A stretch of 53,454 nucleotides of DNA, from NCBI GenBank assembly GCA_001724265.1, contig MEDY01000198.1, positions 1 to 53,454 of the forward strand, read 5' to 3'. Numbering within the stretch: position 1 is the stretch's first letter; each line of letters starts with the position of its first letter. Under the pieces are notes generated by a model. That model had not been told where the DNA came from and did not search any database. It saw nothing but the letters and a program-made list of their open reading frames with translations. Below are positions 12,401 through 27,400 of the stretch, piece after piece. The translations under genes and the position numbers were made by a program. This DNA comes from Rhizaria sp. SCN 62-66 (Eukaryota).

Positions 12401-15400
12401 CGAGGCTATTGTCACTGCGTACAGGCAATGCAACACGCAGATTCGACTCTACAGCGGTATTCAAATCAGAAGACGGCGGCGTCATGATAGAAGTAACCGT
12501 GGCTGCAAGAGCGCGAGCCGTGTGCGCGACATAGTATGCAGCACTGAGATCAGTCTCCGACAAGCCGGTGCGTGACACACTCGCAACGACGCCAAGCGCA
12601 GTTCCGTTGCGGACACATTGACCGGCCGCGGTACGCGTCAATGCACGAGTCCTGGCAAGTGCGGTTACTGCAGCTGCAGACAGATGTAACGAGCCTCGCG
12701 TCAACGCAGGAGGCAGCGATAAAGAGCGGGCAGACCCAGAGGCCGCAGTGCTGCTGCCATGTTCTGCGAGCGAAAGAGCAAGGCGTAAGGCGTGGCGCAG
12801 AGGGGCAGTATCAACACGAGATGTATCATTAGTGTTCGAACCCTTGGTCCACACAATAGGGAGCGCTTCAGAAAGCCTGTGCAGGTACCTGCGTCCGCGG
12901 CGAAGCTGCACGGTGGGCGTAGCTGCCGAAATAGCCGCAGTCGCGAAAGCCGCGTCAGAAAGTGTGTTCCAAGCAAAGATGCCACCAATCGTAGGCTTAT
13001 TGCTGCTCTTAAAGTTGTGGTATAAAGAATTATCCGATGTCAAGCGCTGAAGAAGCGAGATCTTGTTGTCGGAGGTTTCCTGAGTACCGTTTTCAGAGAG
13101 CAGCCAGTCCCAGCCCAAGCCGTTGGAGGGCGTTTCTAGCGCGTGTTCATCTCCGTCATGTGCGGCTGCAGCAGTAGCAAGAGAGAGGAACCGGCGCGAA
13201 TAGACGCCATCACTGTGATCCCATTCAAGCTTCGGTCCATCCCAGCCCTTTTCACCCTCGCATTCGTCTTCGACATCTCCACTAGAAGACTGGAGCTGAG
13301 ACTGCACAGAACCACTGACAGCTGCCATATCTTCTGGACGCAAACCACAGAGAGTGGCAGCCGCAGCCGCAACAGGGATATCACTGTGACTAGTACTCGC
13401 CCCACTCGAAGTTGAAGTGATCGCAGCAGAAGCAGCGCTGGCGAGAGGTGCCCACAGCTTGTTCATCGCTGTAGCACGCGCCAAAGCCCTCGCACGGGCC
13501 AGCACAGAAGCAGCCGCAACGTCGTCGTCGGGGTGACCTCCGGGTGTGGCGTAGGCGGCGACGGCCACAGCAGCAGCAAGGCATTCACTGCGCTGAGCCG
13601 TAACCGCGGATGAAGCCTCTGTCGCTGTGGCGCGGGCACGGGCCCAAGCAAGAAGACCAGTAATGTCTGTATCTTGCTCAGTGCTGAGCGCATCGTCGTA
13701 GCTTGCAAAAGAGATCGTGGTGAGAGAAGACATGTGGTTATGCCACTTCTTAGCGATGTTTGTCAGTGACAGAGATGTAAAGCAGTCGAACAATCTCTTG
13801 GTCGAATCCTCTTTGGCCAACGAAAAGACATCACCAAAGACACCAACAGCTGCACGACTACGACGGGTCCTACCAAGTTTTCTCGAGATGCGCGACTTGA
13901 TCTTATCGTTAAGTGCGACAAAAAATTTCAGAGCCAATACATTGCCAGTGCCTGCAGCAACGAGCGCGAGCTGCGGGAACAGTGTATGCGGCACAGGCAG
14001 CGACGGGAACGAGTTGTTTCCAGCATTATCATTGTCCGCAGCGAGGCGACGCATGCGCATGTATTGAGCAAACACACGTTCGGCCTCAGTTTCAACAGCC
14101 CCAACAGCAGAGCTCGTGACCAATGCATTCGAAGTCGCAACAGCGACAGGCGCAGTGATCGTGAAGCGGTTGGGATCAAGAGATGCAGCAGCAGCGGCGT
14201 GTGCAGGGCAGTACCAGCCCTCGCTCGCTGTGCGCCTGTCCCAGACGCGGGCAAACTGCCGCGACAGAAGCGCGACGACTGCAGCAGCAACGGCGCCGAG
14301 AGAGGCGCTATCGGTCTCGCTCAGAGTCGTGAGAGTCGAAGATGAACTTCCGCTGCTGCTGTTGTTGTTGTTCGTCGCAGCAGCGGCAGCCAGAGCAGCG
14401 GCCAAAGAGCGCGAGGCGTCCGAGGCTGTTGCAGTTGCAGAGGGGTACTGATGTCCGTCGGCGGTGGAGGCGTCGTTGCGCTGCCCTGTCGGGCATTCTG
14501 TCTCGAGACGGAGTTCGTCTATAGCGCTCTTGACAAGCGCAATGCCGGGTCCTGCAGCAGCGGCCGCGGCAGCAGCAGCATTGTGGAAAACAGCGTTGCT
14601 GTTAAGAGGCAGCGCGGCAGTTGCAGCAAGCCACTCCGTGCGCTGACTCAGTGCGACTGCAAGTGCGTCAGTTTCCACCTTGCCAGCCTTGCCAAACGCC
14701 ACAGCAGCGGCAGCCGCGGACGCAGCAGAGCCCGTGCTCGCGCTCGCGCTCGAGGTCGTCGGCGTCGAGTGGGACAGCACAAGCCGCAGCACGTGTGCGG
14801 CGGCGTGCCGTAAGTAGGCCCTGACAGCGCTCGCGGCACGGGCGTCCGAGGCGTCCTCAAAGGCAGTCAGTGCCTTGCGTAGAGAGCGCTGCGCCTTGGT
14901 GAGCGCGCGCGCATGGGTGGCTGCAGCTGCAGCCGCCGCAGCGGCGGCTGAGTGCGAAAAGAGGGATGAACGGCGCACGAACGTCGGGCTTCCATCAAGG
15001 CCGCTCGGAGCACCGGTGGCAACTGCAGCAGCCGCAGCAGCTGCGGCCCGTAGCATGCGGCGCCGACGGCGACGACGCGCGGCCTTTGCAGCGTTCGTCG
15101 CGGGGGAAGCTGTGGCAACTGTAAGCTCAGTGTCAGTTCCGGAGGAGCCCTCGCTGTAATTATCACCACCGATGTCATCGTCATCACTGCGGTCTGTGTC
15201 GCTGTCGCTGTTGCAGCCCGACGCAGCGCCGTCGTTCGCGTCGCCCTCGCTGTCGCTGTCGACGTTCATGTGTGATAGTAGGCTGCGACGAGGCAGGTCC
15301 GTGCCGCTGCTGTCACCACTAGGCGCGGCGGCAGCTGCGTCAGTTCGCGAAGTCTTCTTGGAGTTGACTCTATTGGCGTCAGCGTTGCTCAGAGGCGACG

Positions 15401-18400
15401 AAGCTGTGAGCAGCGACTGGCCCCAGGCACGAGTTGATTCAAGCCCGGCAGCAAGCTGCTGCTGCAATAGCATCACGATACCGCTCTGGTACTGACCAAG
15501 CTCAGCGGTGGAGCGCGTGTGCTCCAGCGGAGCACTCTCGCCCTCGGTTTCACTCTCGTTCTGCGAGCCAGAGTCGGCAGCGGCAGCCGCAGCCGCTGAA
15601 AGCAGCCAGGGCGGCAGAGTAACCGTGAGAGGCGGGCATGAGCACGCGATGTTCACGCCACTTGTGTTCGCTCCCGCGCCCGTGCCGGCACCCGCAGCAG
15701 CCGTTGCCGCGGCGGCCAGTGGAGGCAGCGTCAGCAGGCCGTCGCAGCAAAAGTGCAGCGTGATGCCTGTGACAGTCGCAGAGCCCATCGTCGGCGTCAC
15801 CACGGGCGCCGCGAATGATGACGAACGCGGACGCAGTCCACCAGCCCCGGATGCAAGCGCAGCCTGCGTATTGGGCGTGCGGCTAAGCGTCGTCGCTGAG
15901 GCCGTCGCGGCCGTAGCCGCAGAAACAGTGCTGGCGCCGCTTGCGGGGGCCGGCAGCGGCGGCAGCGAAGCCGAGCCTGAGCCTGAGGCTGCAGTGGCCG
16001 TTACAGCTGAGGCCGACGGCGGCGTGGGCGGAAGACCGCTGCCGCTGCCACTAGAACCGCCAGGAGCGGTCGCTGGCGCAGCACCGGAGCTGGAGCGCGG
16101 CAACGTGAGCGCGCCAGCAGGAAGCGTGCGCGGCGCAGGAAGCGCAATGACAAGCGAGTCGCCGTCATCGTCGCTCGCGCTGTCAGTCGCGGGAGCGCGG
16201 GGACGTGTGGCATAGGCGGCCACCGAGGCAGCTTCGCCGGGCTTCCGCTGCTGCGGCGTCAACACCACGGCAGTCGCGGTGTTCCCACCGGATGTGGGGG
16301 CATTGGTGGGGCTTTCGTAGTTGTGGCTGCTTGCAGGAGAGTTGCTGTTCACGTGAACGGACAACAGGCGCGCGCCCGCCGCACCGGCCGGAGCGCCAGT
16401 CGCAGCCGCCGTGGCCGCAGCAACGGAAGCAGCAGCGGCGGCAGTCAGCGTGCTCGAGGTCGGCGAGAGCGTGAACGCGGGCAGAGGCCCCGAAGGGTTC
16501 ATGGCCGGGGTCATCGGCGTCATGGTCGGTGTGCCGCGGAGCCCGGCCACGCTGGCCGTGCTCACGCCGCCAACAACCATCTGGCCCTGAGTTTGCGTCT
16601 GTACCGGTCCCTGGGCGTGCGCCTGTGCGTGGCTAAACGCGTGGCTGTGCGAGTGGTTGTGAGACAAGTGGATCTGGGGGATGATGAGGCGAGGGAGCAG
16701 CGCAGACACGCGTGCGCCACAGAAAGCGACGGACTTACCAGCGGCAGTGCTAGCGTCCGAGGTTCCGAACTCACGCTCACGCTCCTGCGCGTAGAGCCTG
16801 TTGACGAGAGTTAAACCGCTGTGGATGACGTCGTTGTGAGCGGTGGTCTCGATCTCGTTCCCACTGAGCGTCGCCGTGACAGCTGCGACGGCCGCCTCTG
16901 TGACGGCCGTGGCAGCTAAGTACACCAGCTGCGGCGCAGGCGACATCGCCGAAACAGGCAACAGTAGCGGGGCAGCAGCGCCCATGCTCGTCACAGCCGC
17001 GGCGACAGCAGCAGCTGCAACAGCGGGTGTGGCGTGCACCGGGATAAGTGCGATTGTGATCGGCGAGAGCGCAAGCATGCCGTCGCGCCACGCACGCGCA
17101 GTGAAGCGCAGGAACGGGTTGCTCCGCAGCAGCCGCAGCGCCAGGCGAGCGTACTGCTGCACATCACGCGCAGAAGCGCCGTTGTCGTCGCTATACTCGT
17201 CGTCGTTTGCTTCGCTGTCGCCGCCCTTACACTTGCTCTTGTTGTTTGCACCAGTGCAGCTGAGGATGGCAGAGGGCGGAAGAGGCGGCTTCGCGGTGAG
17301 CAGCGCCCCGCCACGGGCCAACGGGTCCTGCGACAGAAGCGTGAGCACGAGCTCCTTCGCCGCGGGGCCGCCAATGATCGCCACGTCAGCGAGCATCTCG
17401 GCCCACGGCAAACGCGGTGGCAGCGCTGCCCCACTGCCACTCGCGGTGTTACCACCACTGCTGGTAGAGCTTGCAGCGGTGGTAGTCGAGGGCGAGACGT
17501 TTGTGCTAAAGGGCGGGTACACGTGCCACGCACGGGCCCAGGCCGCAGCACCGTAGCGGCGGATCCACTGCGCGGGCCGGTCAGAGAACGCAAACAGCAG
17601 CGTGTGGCCGAGCACCCAGAGATCGGTCGCCGGCGAGGCACATACAGGGGCACAGCTGGCAATAAGCTCAGGCGGCGCAGGCAGGTGCGACGGCCAGACA
17701 GATGGCGCGGGGATAGGAAGAGCGTCGTCGTCGTCCTTGTCACACACAGTGATGTTGTCATGTGCAGACTTCTGGTCCTCAGTGGTCTCGGGCAAAACAG
17801 ACGTGACCATGCTGTTTGCAGTAGAGAGCAAAACAAGCGGCGTACCAAGGGGAACGGCGGAGTCTAGGTGAAGGTACCGCAGGTAGTAGCGACTTGTCGC
17901 GTCAGGAGATGGGTTCGATGAGAATGAGGCCGAGTCAGGCACAGCGCTGCCGGGCACTGGCGGCGAGTACTCCTGAGTCACACCAATCGCCCACGGCGAG
18001 AGGGCGGCACCGGCAGCAAAGCCTGCAGCGTGAGCGCGCAAGAGCAGACCAAAGAGCTGCGTGACGAGACCGCCGAGCGCAAAGTGCAGGCCGTCACCGC
18101 CGCAGTCGTCATAGTCGCTGTCAGCATCGGCATTGGTAGAAGAGGGCGTGGCCTCGCTGCCCGTTGAGCTGCCCGTGATCGTAACGGTGACGGATGAAGA
18201 CGATGCGCCGGCCGTCATGTTACGAGGCACATACGCGCCGTTCGAACCCTTGACCGCGGTGTGCTGAGCATAGCGAGCGCGGATGCGAGAGGCAAACGAC
18301 TCGAGGTCGCAGAGAATAGGGGACAGCACGGTGCACACCCACTTGCCCTGGGTGCACGCAGCATCGCTGGAGCCCAGAGGAACGGAACTAAGGTCAGCAA

Positions 18401-21400
18401 TGCTCGCGGGCACAGAGGAAGTGCCGTCCCGAGTGCTGCGATCACTCTTACTGCCGCTGCTGGTGCTACTGGTGGCGCAGGTGCTCTTGGTGTCGGCCAT
18501 TCTCGCAGCCGGGCTGGTGATGGAGGACACATCCGCAGAGCCAGTAGTTACGGATAAGCCTGCAGCAACAGCGGTGGCAGTCGAAACCTGGAACTGGCCG
18601 AGCAGCGTCACGGTGCACGCACTGCCGTAGGGACTCTCGTCTACACTCAGCGGCGCGTCACGTACAGCAGCCGCAGCAAGTCCCTGGTGCTGTGGCAGGT
18701 TAGAACCGTGTGGCAACGTTTGCGTGTGGTAGTTGCGGCGACGGCGCACGGGACGCGAGAGAGCAATGAGAGTACGCGTCTCCGTGCTTGCTGTTTCGTC
18801 CTCTTCCTCATCGTCGTCGCCATTGCGCGCACTTAGTTGTTGAGCGACAGCAGGGCGGTAGATCTTGAGCAGTACAGCCGTGTTGGTGACGGTATCGACA
18901 GCGCGGTAGAGTTCCCACTGGCCTACCTTAAGCGCATTGAGAGCTCCAGCAATGGCGCCCGTGACAGTCGTGTATGTAGGGCTCGCGGTGAGCCGGCCAC
19001 TAAGAACGAAGCGTGACGAGAAGCCAGTCGCATTTGCGGGCAAGCCAACCCCAGAAAATCCAGTTGCAGTTGTAGACGTCGAGGAGCTGCTACTGTTCAT
19101 GCTGCTCGAAGCAGCCGCAGGCGAAGGAGCAGCAGGCGGGGGCAGTGCAAGCGTGAGCGCGGACAGAAGAGTAGCAGCAGCAAGCGAACGCTTGTTGTTG
19201 CGAGGTGCAGAGGATCCACTCGACGCAAGCAGGGCAGCGCGAGTACCGCGAGTCTGCGCATACGCGCGTGATGCAGCAGTTAGGATTGAGACAACCGAGG
19301 CAGGGGCAAACAAATTGTCATGGCATGAATCAGTTTGCTTTTGAGGCCGCGATAGAGATGCCGCCCAAGAAGGCGGCACAACACCGAGCCTGAGGAGGTG
19401 TGACAAAGTGTGAACAGAAGCTAAGCTTCCAGATGCCGAGTTCAGGCTGTAGGCAAAGGCAGCCGTAAGCATATCTTGCTCCGTGATGGTGACAACAGCA
19501 GTCGAATCGTCGTCATCACCGCCAAAGAGTCCACCTTGACTCTGTGTGTTGCGAGGAGTAGACGACGTGAGTGCAAACATGAGAAGGGCATCTGTGTCAG
19601 CACTGTCATCAACGTTGATATCAGCCTCAACAACGCAACTCTTCGAAAGGAATAGAGTCTTCACGCTCGCCATCCACTGTGCAATGACATCAGCACCCTT
19701 GCCACTGCCAATAGCAACATCAGCGCCCAACTTAGGAAGCAAAAGCGCGGCACGAACTGCGCGGGCAGCGGCCTCGGCGCTCCATACAACAGTGTCAGGC
19801 ACGGTCGCCCGCGCAGCGGAGTCAGTGGAGACCATAGTGAGCTGCGTTGCCAAAGGCGAAAAGCTTGTTGCTTTGGCGGCGGTTGCAGCCGCAGAGACAG
19901 CAGCGGCCGTTGTCGTAGCAACAACATCGGCGTCATAGCCGGAGACTGAAGCTGCGCTGCTGCGGAACAGACGCTGGAGACCACCGGTGCTTGCACTAGA
20001 CGAAGCAACAGAGCACCAACGGCTACCCAAGGCCGCTGTCGCCGCAGCAACCGCAGCTGCCTCTGTATCAGCGGCACTGACCGCACCGGAAGTCGTGGCG
20101 GTCGCCGTAGCAGCAACTTCAGCAACCGAGAGGACAGGTGCCGTGAGCCACACAGACGGGGTCGCACAGAGGGAGGCGTGTGACCAGAATGCAGGATAGA
20201 TCGACGCATCTAAGGGGGTAATGTACGTGGACAGGTCACCAAAGCGCAGATCGTAGCGTTCACGGTCACTCAAGCGCTCGCTACAAGGAGTCGTCTCACT
20301 GTGCAGTGCGGGATGCGCATAGTAGTAGTCGAAACAGCCAGGGGTAGTATCATTACAGTCAACGTCACTGCCAGCAACAGTTGTGCTATCTTGTTCGGGG
20401 GTGAACGGCCACAGAGGACTCTTGATCTCAAGTCCAAGGTCGTGCGAGAACACGGGCATTTGAAGTGAGATAGCGTGCGCCGGTAGTCGTGACAGCTGTT
20501 GCAAGAGCTTCTGCTGCGAAGACTGAAGTTGCTGACCGTACGAGAATGACGTGCTGTGTTGTTGAACAGCAGGCATCAACTCGCGGCGGCGCTGTGTCAT
20601 GTCAGTCAACTCTACCATGAGAATACACAGTGAGTACTCACGCATTGAGCGTTCGTATTCACTGCAACTGTCAGTTGTGGTGATGCCTGACAGCTCCTGG
20701 TTCACTTCAGCAAGCAGTGCAAGAGACATATCGAGCCGAGCACTCACGGTGGCCGAACTCGCAGCAGGAACTGTGTCTTCGTCAACCTTGAGATTCATCC
20801 GCTGCCATACAGCAATAGTGTCCTTGTTGCGGTCAGCTGTGGCATGTACACCAGGACCAGTAGTAGAACCAGCATTCAACGTCGCAAGATCCAAGTGAAG
20901 CAGACGCTGACCGCGAGTCAATACGTACTGACGAACAGTGACGTCAGACGTGGCGGCAGAGGTCACAGCCAAACAGTAGCCGCAGTCGCAGCTTCCATCA
21001 ACGTCACCAGGAGAAGTCGCTGCGCACGAGTGTCCGTGCCCGAGAGAGGCAAGCACAGCCATCGCAGGAGTGTGTGTGGCGCGCAGCAAACGAGACAGCG
21101 CGGTGACACCGTCAAAACTGCCGAAGAGCACCGAGGAGAGCAGATAGCACGACAGATGCTGACTACGCCTCGCAGCACTGCTATCCTTCAGCGCATCTCT
21201 AGTGTCACTGCCCCGAAGACGCTCGATGAGAGCTAGGACAGTGTCAAGCAGGAAAGAGTCTTGCGCGGCAGTCGCACGCTCCAACACCCAGAGCCCGCCT
21301 GCAGCCACTGCAGCGGAGGCAGCAGTCGCGACCCTCTGCGCGGTTGTTACGGGAGCGAACGCAGACACAGACGCAGCCGCGCTTGCTGCAGCAGTCGTGG

Positions 21401-24400
21401 CAGTGGCAAGGAGCGTCGGTGTGACTGTGATTGGAGGCAGATAAGAGAACGGGACTGCCACAGTCTTAACAGTCGTCATACCAAAACCAGCAAGCGCAGG
21501 TGTTAGGCCGTAGCTTGCGTTGGTCGCAGATGAGTTCACACGGGATGAGTATGGCAGAGGGATGAGTGGCGCAGGTGCATCGTCGGGCCTGTCGTCATCT
21601 TCATCACTTTCAGAATTGCTCTTACTCTCCTGCATGGCGCCCACGGCGCGAACAGAGCCCGGGGTGGGGGGCGACACACGGCCCGAGGCAGCAGTTCCAC
21701 TGGCAATTTGGGCAGCAGTCGAAGCGCTGCTCACGGTTACATCAGCAGCTGAGAGCACCATCCAAGGCTGCCACGCGTGCACAAGCGCCCAGAGACGAGA
21801 GAGCACCGCGATCACGCCGCCACTGCCAGTCGCGCCAGTCGAAGCACCCGAGGTGCTCGTCGCGGCCGCAACGGGCGCAGGCGCGGGGCCAGCAACGCAG
21901 GCAAAAAGCTCCTGACGCGCGGCGCGCTTCACAGCGGCGCTCGACTTGGTGTCGGCGTCTGAAGCAGCAGCGCACGCATCAGCCGACTTGCGCATCCGCA
22001 GCAGCATGAAGCGACGGCACTGGCGCACCATCGCTGCAACGTTGGCCAAGTAAGTCCTGAGCGCGCGCGCACGGCGCATCGTCTCGGCACGCATAGGCGG
22101 CGCGCTCGCAAGCACCGGGCGCAGCGCTGTGAGCGTGCAGAGTGCCCACGCAACTGCAGGCGGCACGGGGGCTTCGACAGGCGCAGCAGCTGCGGCCGTC
22201 GCTACAGAGGTCGCGGTACGCAGCGACGGCGCGCGGGCAAACACAGGCGGCAGCGAGTGGCGCGGGCGGTTCGGTGGCGAGCTAGAGGGACCGTTCGAGC
22301 TGCTCACGCTGTTGCTATGAAGACTGGTTTGCATCGGTCCACTGAGGCCAACGGCACTGGCGCGGGGCCGCCCGGAGACTATACCGGCGGCGCTCGCGGG
22401 GAGTGCGAGCGGGATGCGGGAAGCCGGTGGGCTAAACAGTGCAAACGCAGACGTAGATGCAGTGGGCGCGCCAGCCAGAGTGGTGACGCCACCAGAGGGA
22501 CTAAGAAGACGAATCTCCGCATTGCCATGTTGACCATGTGCAGTGCCAGTTGAGTCAGATGCGGGCATCGCAGGCGGAGGCGCAGGAACAGTTGCGGCGG
22601 CAAAACCCTTCGAGAGTCCCATCGATGAAATCATGCTCGCAAGGCTTAGTGGCGGCGGCACTGGCGCTGCGTTGCCGGCCAAAACACTGGAGCTGGTAAC
22701 GTTAGGCGTGGCACCGCGCTGCGGCTGCTGCAGCATAGCAAGCCCTAGCACGCCACCAGCATGGGCAGCAAGCGGCGCGGCAGCAGGGCCCAGTGTGGGG
22801 CTGCCCGATAAGAGCGCAAAGGGCGGGACAGCGGATGACACCATGGGGCTGTGAGACGGCGTGCGGAAGTTCAGCCGCCCACTCGCGGGAACCTGCTGTT
22901 GCTGTTGTTGTAGGCTATCGGCGGCGCTCATCTGCCTGCTGTTCGCATTGTACGCGAGAGTGACGGGGAGCGAGCGGAGCGCGTCAGTCAGCGGGTGCTT
23001 GTGGGCTTGCAGGATAGCTAAAGCTTGCTCACGTAGGTCCCACTGGTAGGCCAGCAGGAACGCTTCGTGGCTGACGCCGGCGACACCACCACCAGCACTA
23101 CTGCTACTGCTGCTGCTGCTGCTGCTGCTTGTGCTCGCGCCCAGAGGCGTGCTGCCAACTCCAACTCCGGCACCGATGTTGCTGCCGGCGGCCGGACTGC
23201 CGCTGCCGACGCTCGGTGTGCTGCCGGTGGGGACAGTCGACGGTGCAGGGGCGCGCGGGGGCGGGAGCAGTGCGATGAGCTCGCGGCTGGCGACCTTCTC
23301 GACCTCACCGAGCAGCGCAGCGAGCAAAGACAGCGGGGGCAGCCATCCGGAGGAGTTGGCCGAGTCATTGGCGTCCGCACCAGGAGTGGCGGCGTAGGCG
23401 TCTAGTGCGGCAAGAAGTTCGGTCACTGCGCCGACCGTTACCGCACCGACAGTCACGGCACTCGAGCCGGCAATCTGGGGGCACGCACCGGCGATGTCCG
23501 CAGCCACGGGCAAACCCAGCGCGTGGGCTGCAGCGAGAGAGGCAGCGTCAGCAGCCGCAGCGTCGGCTGCCGCAGTGGTGTCCCCGGCCGCACTTGAAGT
23601 GACACGAGCAGCCGCCGCGGCAGCAGCGGCCGCTGCAGCAGCTGTCGTAGTTGTGGTGAGCGGCGGAAGAGGGCGCAGCGCGTGCAGAATTAGCTGCTGC
23701 AAGATACGTAGAGTGTAGAGTCCGATAGGGGATTCGGAGTTATAGGTGTACGCAGCCTCGCCGTTGCGGTTCTTTCCTTGGCATTGATCCGCGGTAAGAA
23801 GGTCCAGCAATAAGCGCGGCCAGTGCGGCAGCGACAGGAATAGTGCACGGTTTACAAAGCCCGCAGCAGGCACGGCAGCGGGCGGAGCAGCCACCATCGA
23901 CACTGGACCACCGCCGCCAAATGAAAGCGAAATGTCGTGAAGGACGGCGTTGGCCAAAGCGCGCAGCGAGCCGGCCTTGCTCGTCGCAGTGACGTTGTTT
24001 CCGCAATCGTTGGCATTTGCGGGACTCTTTAATGCGGCAGAGTTCGCTGTTGCAATCGTGTTGCGCAGCATAGAAAACAGCAAAGAAAGCGCCTGCGGAT
24101 GCGCAATAGACAAGGTGCCGTCAAATGCGCCACGCATCGCGCGCAGCGGTGGTAGAGGCGGGACGGTGGCAAGACTACGCACGTTAAGACCGGTGTTTGT
24201 GGCACCAGAGGAGACTTGTATGGGTGTGTCCATGTCGGCTGAGATCGCAACCTCAATTGGTTCGCGACCAAAGATGATGCCGAACATCAGCGCAATGTAC
24301 GTGTTCTCATCCAGAGTGGAGTCGGTAGCGTTAAAGTCGCTGTCAACCGACTGCGTCGAGAGTTGGTACAGAGGCAAGAACACAGAGTCTGCGTCCTCAG

Positions 24401-27400
24401 TCGCGAGCGCAGAGACGGCACCTGCGGCATGAGGACTGACAAGGCCAAGATCAGAGACGGACTTGTCAGCTCCCGCTGCGCGACCGCGACTCCGCCACAC
24501 AGACTGCGGGGTCTGGGCCCACTTGCGGGCTGCGGCACTGTGCGCGTGGCCGTTGGCGCGCAGGAACAAGCCGAGAAGCCGAAGAGCAAGAGTGCGGATC
24601 TCCAGAAATGTTTCAGCGTTGTCGTTACGCGCCTCACTCGGACGCCAATAACGAGCAGCCAGGGCCGAAAACTGACCAGCAAGCGACCGCTGCGGCGACC
24701 ACGACGGAGGCAGCATTTGCACGTTCGGAGAAAGATCCTTCGAGTGCTGAAAATACTTCCACAGTGCGTCTTCACTGCGAGCAAGCAGCATTGCGTGGGC
24801 TTCCTCAGCAGCAGCCACGGTTACGGTGCCCGCAGCGGTGGCAGTTGCGGAAACAAGCAGAGAAAGCGCGGTTGCCACAGCGGCCGGAGCGGAAACAGGG
24901 GCAAGAGCCAGAGCAAGCAAGCAGCGCAGCGAGCGGCGCGACAGAGGAGGCAGCGCAGACCCGACTCCGCTGTTTGCCGTAAGTGTGCGGGTCACAATGG
25001 CAACAAAACAGTTAAGCGCAGAAGCAATGACGGAGTCCTGGCGCTCAGCAAACGCAGCAGAGTTGGACTGTAAGCGCGCACGTGATAACAAAAGAACAAC
25101 GCGGGTAAGCCACTCAATACAACTACTCTCCATACTATCGTCGCTCACAACAACCTTTGCGGCGTCAACAGCAGCAGCAGTCGACGTTAGGGGATAGGTC
25201 AACGGCTGCATGAAGGATGCGCCAGCGTTCGAGCTCACAGAAACAGAGGTTCCAACTTCAGAAATAGTGGTCGTGTTGGATGATGCTGCAGCAACAGCGG
25301 CTGCAGTGGCTGAGGGCGATAAGCCAGCGGCGGCAGCGGCAGCAACAGCGGCCGCTGCGGGGGTATGAGCGGTTGTGTAACCCATCAAAGCCGCAGCACC
25401 AGCGGGCAGAGATGAAACAAATGAGCTCAACACGGTGGCGTTCAAGAGAGGAACCAGTGTGTTCGTCACCGCGGGATCAGCGCCCACAGCGCCATTATCG
25501 CTTGCACCAGTGCGTTCAACACCACTGCTCTCGCTTGTAAATGCTGCGGGGGTCAGACCGGAGCCAGCGGTAATTGCGGCGATCGCGTCAGCAGAGTCAA
25601 ACGCACTGAGCGTAACAGACGTCAGTCCGTGGCTGTTGGCAGAGCGAGCACGAGGCTTCAGCGCAGCGAAAGCAGTGTCGATGCCGTCGAGCATCAAAAC
25701 CGAGCTGGCAGCAGCTGAAGCAGGAGTCTGGGCTGCTCCATCAGCCGCAGCGGTAGCAAGTGCAGCGGCTGCAGCATCAACCCGAAGCTTCGCAGCGTCT
25801 TCCGCAGCCTTAGCACGAACTGAGAGACTCGCAGTGACAGCCATCGCGATTGCCGAGCGCTTGCGGCGCTGGTGTTGGCGCCACGTGCGGCGGCGGAACT
25901 CTGCCGAGCCTGCGCTGTTGTTGGCGTAGCAACTCCGAGCAACTGTGTCGGGAGCAGCGTTGAAGCTGTCCGTTTTGATTTCATCATCGGGCGTGTCATT
26001 CGCCGCGGCTGCTGCAGCGTCGAAGTCATCGTCATCGTCGTCGTCCGCAGCGACAGCGCCGTCATCACGGGGCAGCTCAAACACACACGCGCTCAGCGCA
26101 GTGTCGGCCTCAAGCCACGGCGCGGGGAGCGCGGTCACGGCGTTCATACTGGCGCCGAAGCTGTGTGACAGCGCGTGGCTGTGGCAGTGCGCAGGGGTGT
26201 TGGCAGTGAGCAAGAGCCTGACGAGCCAATCACCTTCACTGGCACGGGTTGCCGCGGCAGAGCCCGTGCCAGCAGCAAGCATCTGAACCAGCGAAAATGC
26301 GCTAGTGTTGCTATGGATGTCAGAGACGGGAGAGTTCTCGGAGCAAGTGGGGTATTGAACAAGCGACGCGATCACGCGTTCCGCTGCCGCAGTTGCGCGA
26401 GCAGCAGCGCGAGCTGCAGCGGCAGGGGGAATCGGCGGCAGCGTCGCGTCAGCACTGTCGTCTTCGGTCACCGCACTCGTGCTCGCAGCGGCAGCCAGCG
26501 CGATGTCTAATGCAGCATCAGCTGCGCCCACAGTCATGGCGGAAATCTCCGTAGATGCACTGCTGTCCTTGCTGTTGTAACGCGCAGCAGCGGCCGCAGC
26601 CTTGGCGCGTGCACGTGCAGCAGCAGCAGCTGCAGTCGTCGCAGTGGCGGTCGGGTGAGGGCGCTCGCGCGATGCAGCCGTTGCTGCAGCAACCATCAAC
26701 GATAGAGGAGCAAATGCCCAGGAGTCACCGCCACCAGGAGCAAGCAGAGATGATGGAGTCGTTGTCGAAGCGTTGGCAATGGCAATATCTCCATCATCGC
26801 TAACCTTGTTCCGAACGGATGCAAGAAGATTCGCCATTTGAGTTGAAGCAGCAGCTGCAGATGTTGCGGACAAGTGCTTCAGCGTGCTGTTGTCCTTGCC
26901 ATTGTTGCTGTTCTTGTGCGCCAGATTGACAAGCATGCTGTGTAAAACACGAACACGCTCACCGAAAAGATCAACAGCATTTGCACCGCCCTCAGCCTCA
27001 GCCGGGATTTCGGCAGGTAGTGGGAGCGCGGTGATCACAGCAATAGACTCGGTAAGCAGAGCACGAGAAACAGAGATACAGGACAGAGACGCAGCCACCG
27101 TCGCAAACAAATTCAGACAGCCAACCGTCTCTGAATCAACGGAAATGGCAGTGTTACACGTTGAACTGCTGGCACGTGTCTGAGAGAGCAAAAGAGACAA
27201 GAAGCGCGATTGCGAAAGCCCAGCGGACCACACGGAGGCAGCTTCGCACTTGTGAGGGCGTGCACGGAACGCGCATGTCAGCGGCGCTGTGAGAAGACGC
27301 AACACAGCCGCAGCAGTGGGAACCAGAGTCCGCGACGTCGCAGCCTCACTATGCTGGAGCCAGAGACTGGGGAAGCCAAGAGTCATCGAGGCAGTTGCGA

